Shown piece after piece: positions 58,977 through 64,000 of a stretch of 64,000 bases of DNA (its first letter is position 1; each line of letters starts with the position of its first letter). The notes beneath the pieces are model-generated. The model worked only from the letters and a program-made list of their open reading frames with translations. It ran no database searches and was not told where the DNA came from. The DNA lies in contig CBDUYN010000036.1 in NCBI GenBank assembly GCA_965371445.1, positions 100-64,099 of the forward strand, in the 5' to 3' direction. A program made the position numbers and the translations under genes. This DNA is from an uncultured bacterium. GTDB lineage: Bacteria > Acidobacteriota > Thermoanaerobaculia > Multivoradales > J023.

Positions 58977-60626
58977 TCACGGCTCGTAGACGACATACCT
59001 ACGGTTGACCCGCAAACCTTCCAGGACGAGCCGCTTGCCGAGCGGCCAGCGCACCTCGATGCGTTCGACGCGCAGCGCCGAGCCGAGCCCGAAATGTAGC
59101 CGCGAATCCGACGCGGCGCAAAAAGAGCCGCCGCGCGTCGCCTCGCGGCGCTGGATCTTGCCGCCGGCTCTCACCCAGGCCCGCGCCCCCTCGCGCGTCC
59201 CGGCGCGGTCGCGCAGGTCGAGTTGGAGGAAAGCGCCGCCGGGCGAGCCGCCGTCGTTTCGCAGCAACGTCGGCCGCGTCCCGATCTCCAGGACGACGAG
59301 GTCGACGTCGCCGTCGTCGTCGATGTCGCCGAACGCCACCCCGCGGCTCACCTGGGGGCCGTCGGCGCGGCGGACGATGCGCTCCGAGGCGTCCGTGAAG
59401 CGCCCTCGCCCGTCGTTCAGATAGAGCTGGTTCGCCTGGCGGTAGGTCTCGCGGGTACGGCCGTCGACCTCGGGGTAGATGTGGCCGTTGGCCACGTAGA
59501 GGTCCTGGTCGCCGTCGTTGTCGAGGTCGTGAAATCCCGTGCCCCAGCCCATCGGCACGCGGCTCGGCCCCCCGAGGCCCGACGGGTGGCTCACGTCCTC
59601 GAAGAGGCCGTCCCCCTGGTTGCGGTAGAGGGTGTTGTGGTCGAGCGCGAAGTTGGTGATGAAGATGTCGAGACGGCCGTCGCCGTCGGCGTCGCCCATG
59701 TCGACGCCCATGCCGGCCTGGGTGCGGCCCTCGGCCTGGGTCGCGACGCCGGCCAGGAGAGCCTCGTCCTCGAAGCGTCTGCCGCCCAGGTTGTGAAAGA
59801 GGAAGTTCGCTCCGGAGTCGTTGCCGACGAAGAGATCGACCCATCCGTCGTCGTCGTAGTCGCCGAAGACCGCTCCGAGGCCGTACTCCGGGGAGACCTC
59901 GTGGACGCCCGAGGAGGCCGAGGCGTCGGTGAAGCGTCCGCCGCCTTCGTTGCGGAAGAAGCGGTCGGCCTGGCGCGGCAGACCGACGGGGCCGCAGGCG
60001 GTGTCGACCCCCTCGTAGGGGCACTGGGGAGGCGGCTTGGCGAGGTCGAAGACCAGGTAGTTGGTGACGTAGAGGTCCATGTCGCCGTCGTGGTCGACGT
60101 CGCCAAAGGCGGCGGAGGCGCCGTAGCCGGGGTCGGCCGTGCCGGAGGCGGCGGAGGCGTCGCGAAACGTGCCGTCGCCCTGGTTCAGGTAGAGGACGTT
60201 CTCGCCCCAGTTGGTGACGTAGAGGTCGGGATCGGAGTCGCCGTCGACGTCGGCGACAGCAACCCCCACGCCCCAGGAGGTGTCGCCGACGCCGGCCTGG
60301 TCGGTCGTGTCGACGAAGCGCCAGTCTCCGTCGTTGCGGTAGAGGACGTTGCGCACCGGCTCTTTTTCGCCGCGCAGCATCTCCAAGTCGCCGCTCGTGC
60401 CGACGTAGAGGTCGAGGTCGCCGTCGCCGTCGTAGTCGAAGAGCGCGCCGCCGCCGCCCAGCTGCTCGATGATGAAGTACTTTCGGGTGTGCGAGCCGCA
60501 GACCACCTCGACGTCGATGCCGGCTTCGCGGGCAACGTCGCGTAGGAGGAAGCCTTCGGCCGTCGCTGCGGCCGGCAGGGCGGCGATCGCGGCTGCGAGG
60601 ACGAGCGTCCGTTTCACGGCGTCCAC
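58977..60626 (-). CDS. Secreted FG-GAP/VCBS repeat protein with ASPIC/UnbV-type C-terminus (CRTAC1 family)
   Basis: 549 aa with a GTG start. Signal-peptide-like N-terminus KRTLVLAAAIAALPAAATAEG. Repeated FDYDGDGDLDLYV, DVDGDSDPDLYVTN, DVDHDGDMDLYVTN, DYDDDGWVDLFVGN, DADGDGRLDIFITN and DLDNDGDQDLYVAN blocks. The C-terminal GGSFCAASDSRLHFGLG...VEVRWP motif is typical of ASPIC/UnbV. Confidence 0.82.
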   Translation of the reverse strand: MDAVKRTLVLAAAIAALPAAATAEGFLLRDVAREAGIDVEVVCGSHTRKYFIIEQLGGGGALFDYDGDGDLDLYVGTSGDLEMLRGEKEPVRNVLYRNDGDWRFVDTTDQAGVGDTSWGVGVAVADVDGDSDPDLYVTNWGENVLYLNQGDGTFRDASAASGTADPGYGASAAFGDVDHDGDMDLYVTNYLVFDLAKPPPQCPYEGVDTACGPVGLPRQADRFFRNEGGGRFTDASASSGVHEVSPEYGLGAVFGDYDDDGWVDLFVGNDSGANFLFHNLGGRRFEDEALLAGVATQAEGRTQAGMGVDMGDADGDGRLDIFITNFALDHNTLYRNQGDGLFEDVSHPSGLGGPSRVPMGWGTGFHDLDNDGDQDLYVANGHIYPEVDGRTRETYRQANQLYLNDGRGRFTDASERIVRRADGPQVSRGVAFGDIDDDGDVDLVVLEIGTRPTLLRNDGGSPGGAFLQLDLRDRAGTREGARAWVRAGGKIQRREATRGGSFCAASDSRLHFGLGSALRVERIEVRWPLGKRLVLEGLRVNRRYVVYEP

Positions 60627-60723
60627 AAAGTGAACCTTACCACCTGGCCGGGCTCTCGGCCCAATCCGTTGTCCGATCGGCCGTCGTATTCAGGGGTGGA
60701 CAACAGCTACCGAAATCGGGGAG

Positions 60724-61143
60724 ATGACGATGACGACCATGACAAGCAAAGCGCGCAAAGCCCGGCTACTTCTCGCCTGGCTCGTCGGCGCCTACCTGGC
60801 GTGGATGTACTTCAAGATGGGCTGGGTGAAGTTCGACCCGGACGGATTCTGGACGGACGCTTTTGAACGCTGGGGCTATCCCGTGTCGCTACGCCTCCTG
60901 GTGGGGCTCATCGAGGTCGCCGGCGCCGTCCTGCTTCTGATCCCCTGGACCACGTCGTACGGAGCCCTCGGTCTCGGCGCCGTCATGATCGGCGCCTGGG
61001 TCACGAGGTTCAACGACGGACGCATGGTGGACGTGGCCTGGATCACGGCGTACACCGTCGCCTTGGCCTGGATCGCCTTCGAGTGGTGGGAATGGCGCCG
61101 TCCACGGATACGGCTTGGCAAGAAGAAGAACGAAGCCGGCTGA
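60724..61143 (+). CDS. DoxX family membrane protein
   Basis: 139 aa. Several hydrophobic helices (LLLAWLVGAYLAWMY, LLVGLIEVAGAVLLLIPW, GALGLGAVMIGAW, ITAYTVALAWIAF). LIEVAGAVLLL is DoxX-like. GGGGAG lies upstream of the ATG. Confidence 0.65.
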   Translation: MTMTTMTSKARKARLLLAWLVGAYLAWMYFKMGWVKFDPDGFWTDAFERWGYPVSLRLLVGLIEVAGAVLLLIPWTTSYGALGLGAVMIGAWVTRFNDGRMVDVAWITAYTVALAWIAFEWWEWRRPRIRLGKKKNEAG

Positions 61144-61170
61144 CCACGGCCTCGGGACCGCCCCTCCGGA

Positions 61171-61194
61171 GACGGCCTAGCCCGGGCGGCCGTC
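61171..61194 (+). terminator. GC-rich hairpin about 28 nt downstream of the DoxX stop (weak terminator candidate)
   Basis: gacggcc / tagcccgggc / ggccgtc: a 7-bp stem with a 10-nt loop. No T-tract follows. Confidence 0.2.
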
Positions 61195-61260
61195 GCCCTG
61201 GATGCGGTCCGTGGGTGCCTCGTCAAGGTCCTGGACGTCGAGGGCGGCGAAAGGCGGGAC

Positions 61261-61581
61261 ATGGTGGCCGGCATGATGCGTTTGGAGGTCAACGACCTCC
61301 TCGCGGCTCACCTCGAGCCGTCCAAGGAGTGGACTCGGGAGATCTCCGAGCTGACGCGCCGGACGGCTCAGATCCGGTTCCTCGAACGTCTAATGGCTAA
61401 GCTCGAGGTGATGTCTGCGACCTCCGAGGAGGCGGCCGGGCTTATCGAACTGGGTTACGGCAAGGTCCCCGCCGTGGATAGCCTGCGCGAGACGGCGCGC
61501 GATCTGACCTCGCAGGTCTCCTCGCTCCTCAAAGTTGCGGCATCCCTCAACGGCCTCTTCGGCGAGGAGCTTCCGAAGTGA
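61261..61581 (+). CDS. Hypothetical small protein, translationally coupled to the downstream Ntn-hydrolase-like ORF
   Basis: 106 aa. GC3-rich codon usage fits coding sequence. Its stop TGA (61579-61581) overlaps the GTG (61578) of the next ORF as GTGA. I recognise no family. Confidence 0.45.
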   Translation: MVAGMMRLEVNDLLAAHLEPSKEWTREISELTRRTAQIRFLERLMAKLEVMSATSEEAAGLIELGYGKVPAVDSLRETARDLTSQVSSLLKVAASLNGLFGEELPK

Positions 61582-62193
61582 CCTGCATCGTCGCGGTCTC
61601 GGACGGAGAGAGGACGCTCGTTGCGGCGGATCGCCGGATGGCCGGCCTCGGGGGTGAGCACACCCCGCCGGAGTGCTACACGATGGACCATCCCAAGGTC
61701 TGGCAGGACGAGGCGTCGGGGGTGGTGTTGGACTTGTCCGGATCCCGGCGGATCGGCCAGCTGATCCAGCGGGAGCTACCGGCCTTTGACGGTCAGCTGT
61801 GGCGCTGGCTCGTCGGTCCGGTTTGCCGATCTCGTCCGGCAGATCAAGGCACAGCAAGAGGGGCTCAACCCTCGGACGATGCTCCTGGCCGCGCTCGGGC
61901 CGGAGATCCTGACGCTCTCGGTGTTCGATCTCGCCGTAACGGAGCCGGAGGCCTTCGGCACGGTGCGCTACTCCGCAATCGGCGCCGGTCGTCATTGGGC
62001 CTATGGCTCGCTCCGCACCTCGGCGGCGCTGGGAGCCGGCACCCTCGACGACTGGGCACGCCTGGCGCTCGAAGCGGCGGCGCAATTCTGCCCGGTGGTC
62101 GGTGGCCCGCCCTTCGATGTCCTGGAACCGACCGACCGGTCGGGAAAAGCGGCCGAAAAGGCTGCGACTTCGACCGTTGGGCTGCGGATCTGA
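61578..62193 (+). pseudogene. Proteasome/HslV-like Ntn-hydrolase homologue, apparently interrupted by a +1 frameshift near 61,790-61,825
   Basis: Frame A (61578) starts (M)TCIVAVSDGERTLVAADRRMAG, an N-terminal Thr followed by an IVAV strand as in proteasome-type Ntn hydrolases. It then loses GC3 bias after about 61,800. Frame B (ORF 61786..62193) has strong GC3 bias and carries RYSAIGAGRHWAYGSL...ARLALEAAAQFCPVVGGPPFDVLE, which resembles the C-terminal half of the same fold. Confidence 0.4.
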
Positions 62194-62404
62194 TGCTCTA
62201 ATAGGCGTATCTCCAGGTCCTCGACCAGGTGGCGACGTCGACGCCGGCGATCGCCTCCGAGCTCGCGGCCGCGGCGGAAACGCCAGCGTCCATCTGGTCG
62301 GAGCGTTCAGCCTATGAAAATAGGCATTTCCTGATCCTGGAGCGCGTCCAGACGTCTCGCGGCCGTGGTGTCGATCGCCACCGATCGCCGCTGCTACAGC
62401 GGCA

Positions 62405-63892
62405 TCAGGTCCTAGCTCTCGTCCTCTTCCTCGAGCTTCCCCTCCGCCTCGGGCTTCTTGAGCCTTTCAGACCTTGGTCGGGCTCCCCTTTGACCTCGTC
62501 GGCCTGATGCTGGAGAAGTATCTCGAGGTTCTGGCGGGCCGCGGCGTAGTTGGGATCGATCTCCAGGGCTTGGAGGAAGCTCCTCTCGGCTTCCTTGGGC
62601 CTCCCCTGGTCGGCAAGGGTGCTGCCCAGGTCGTTGAGGGCCTCCGCGAAGTTGGGATCGAGCTCGCGGGCTCGGCGGTAGCTCTCTTCCGCCTCCTCGT
62701 GCTTTCCTTGGTCGGCAAGGGCGAGGCCCAGGTTGTTGGGGGCCGAGGCGTCGTCGGGATCGATCTCCAGGGCTCGGCGGTAGCTCGCCTCTGCCTCCTC
62801 GTGCTTGCCCTGGCCTCGAAGGGCGTCGCCCAGGTTGGTGTAGGCCGCGGCGTAGTCGGGATCGATCTCCAGAACTCGGCGGAATCTCTGCTCCGCTTTC
62901 TCGGGCTTCCCCTGGGCGGCGAGGACGTAGCCCAGGTTGTAGTGGGCCGCGGAGTTGTTGGGATCGATCTCCAGAACTCGGCGGTAGCTCTCCTCCGCTT
63001 CCTGGTGCCTCCCCTGGGCGGCGAGGACGTAGCCCAGGTTGCTGTCGGTTTTAGCGAGGCTGGGATCGAGCTGTAGGGCTCGGCGGAGTCTCAGCTCGGC
63101 TTCCTGGTGTTTCCCCTGTTCAGCAAGGGCGAGGCCCAGGTTGTTGTAGACCGCGGCCGAGTCGGGATCGATCTCCAGAGCTCGGCGGAAGCTATTCTCC
63201 GCTTCCTGGTGCATCCCCTGTATGGCAAAGACGTGGCCCAGGTTGTTGTGGGCCGAGGCGAACTTGGGATCGAGTTCCAAGGCTCGGCGGCAGCTCTCCT
63301 CCGCTTCCTGGTGCTTCCCCTGGTCGGCAAGGACGCGGCCCAGGTTACTGTGGGCCGCGGCGAAGTCGGGCTCGATCTTGAGGGCTCGGCGGTAGCTTGC
63401 CTCCGCGTCCTCGTGCTTTCCCTGGGCCACGAAGTAGGCGCCTTGAACCCTGTGGGCTCGCGGTAGATTCGGAGCGAGCTCGCGCGCGTCGCGGATGAAG
63501 CGGCGGGCTTCCTCTCGCTCGCTTCGATCCTGGTTGATACTCACGATGACCTCGGTTCCGGGCTTCCCTCCCAGGCGATCCCAAGCCTGATCTAGGAACC
63601 GATCGGCTTCAAGCTTGCGGTCCTGCGCTTCAAGCTCTACTTGCTTGGCGGCAAGCCTCTCGGCCTGCTCTGTTTGCTTCACGGCCTGCTCATCTTGCTT
63701 CTTGGCCTGCTCTGTCTGCACCATGGTGTTTCTTAGCGCTAACAAGACTCCGGCCAGGGCAAAAAGGAACGTCCACACGAGTTGCCATGAAGTTTCCTCC
63801 GGGTAACGCAGCCGAACGGCCAGGCTTGCGGGGACGGCCAGCACGAAGACGAAGACGAACGCCCAATCGCGTGGGCGTTGGCTCACGGTCAC
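62405..63892 (-). CDS. Membrane-anchored tetratricopeptide (TPR) repeat protein
   Basis: 495 aa with a GTG start. Two N-terminal hydrophobic segments (WAFVFVFVLAVPASLAV, LVWTFLFALAGVLLAL). A Gln/Glu/Lys-rich coiled-coil-like stretch follows. Then come nine full 34-aa repeats and a partial tenth, of the type xxNLGxxLAxQGKHxEAExSYRRALEIDPxxAx. Confidence 0.85.
   Translation of the reverse strand: MTVSQRPRDWAFVFVFVLAVPASLAVRLRYPEETSWQLVWTFLFALAGVLLALRNTMVQTEQAKKQDEQAVKQTEQAERLAAKQVELEAQDRKLEADRFLDQAWDRLGGKPGTEVIVSINQDRSEREEARRFIRDARELAPNLPRAHRVQGAYFVAQGKHEDAEASYRRALKIEPDFAAAHSNLGRVLADQGKHQEAEESCRRALELDPKFASAHNNLGHVFAIQGMHQEAENSFRRALEIDPDSAAVYNNLGLALAEQGKHQEAELRLRRALQLDPSLAKTDSNLGYVLAAQGRHQEAEESYRRVLEIDPNNSAAHYNLGYVLAAQGKPEKAEQRFRRVLEIDPDYAAAYTNLGDALRGQGKHEEAEASYRRALEIDPDDASAPNNLGLALADQGKHEEAEESYRRARELDPNFAEALNDLGSTLADQGRPKEAERSFLQALEIDPNYAAARQNLEILLQHQADEVKGEPDQGLKGSRSPRRRGSSRKRTRART
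62500..63450 (-). repeat. Tandem array with about 102-bp periodicity encoding the TPR units
   Basis: Recurring DNA blocks such as gggatcgatctccag(a/g)(a/g)ctcggcgg(t/a)a(g/t)ct and ccaggttg(t/c)t every roughly 102 bp. This matches the 34-aa repeats in the protein. Confidence 0.7.
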
Positions 63893-64000
63893 GGGTGGGT
63901 CTCCCCGTCGCGGTTCGTCGAGATCATCCCTGTCATGTTCACCAGGATACCGCCTCCGGCTCCCCCTGCGCTCGATGGACTCCGGATTCTTAGCCCCTCA

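Noticed and set aside
58961-58978. Tandem 9-bp direct repeat tgagctttc tgagctttc next to the CRTAC1-like stop codon.
   Set aside because: There are only two copies, it overlaps the end of a CDS, and it has no partner elsewhere in the window. It is most likely incidental.
62310-62325. Small hairpin gcctat/gaaa/ataggc between the convergent Ntn-like and TPR genes, and ccgctg/cta/cagcgg at about 62,385-62,399.
   Set aside because: The stems are only 6 bp and AT-containing, no convincing U-tract follows, and they could arise by chance. They are not strong enough to call terminators.
62405-63892. The TPR protein as part of the biosynthetic system or a defence system.
   Set aside because: It is separated from the cluster by four unrelated genes and lies on the far side of a convergent junction. 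TPR scaffolds are generic, so there is no evidence for a functional link.

Overview
High-GC (about 70%) bacterial window. About 58.6 kb of it is one minus-strand, tightly coupled biosynthetic operon running from 58,600 down past position 1. The order of transcription is as follows. (1) A four-gene FkbK/J/I/H-type cassette for an ACP-linked hydroxymalonyl or methoxymalonyl extender. (2) A FAAL-ACP-C-A(Gly)-T-KS-AT-KR-DH-T megasynthase. (3) Two further PKS proteins: KS-AT-KR-T, then KS-AT-KR-T-KS-AT-MT-T. (4) An NRPS-PKS hybrid, C-A(Ser)-T-KS-AT0-KR0-T. (5) An Old-Yellow-Enzyme-type reductase and an ADOP/FtsX permease, both embedded in the line. (6) A C-A-T-E-C-A-T NRPS. (7) An unusual protein: phosphotransferase(APH-like)-docking-C-[A remnant]-TE with a Cys nucleophile and no carrier domain. 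(8) An A-T-C-A-T-C... NRPS that runs off the left edge and is absent from the ORF track because its stop lies outside the window. I do not recognise this architecture as a characterised pathway, and it is the main candidate for a novel system. Right of the cluster lie a secreted FG-GAP/ASPIC-UnbV (CRTAC1-like) protein, a DoxX membrane protein, a small ORF coupled to a frameshifted proteasome-like Ntn hydrolase, and a membrane-anchored TPR protein. I saw no tRNA, rRNA, CRISPR, transposase or integrase. The ORF track allows GTG and TTG starts, so several listed starts are the longest ORF rather than the likely start. The long plus-strand ORFs across the cluster are antisense shadows caused by GC content. 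The ADOP-type permease hints at Acidobacteriota, with low confidence. All domain calls come from motifs read by eye. No database search was run.
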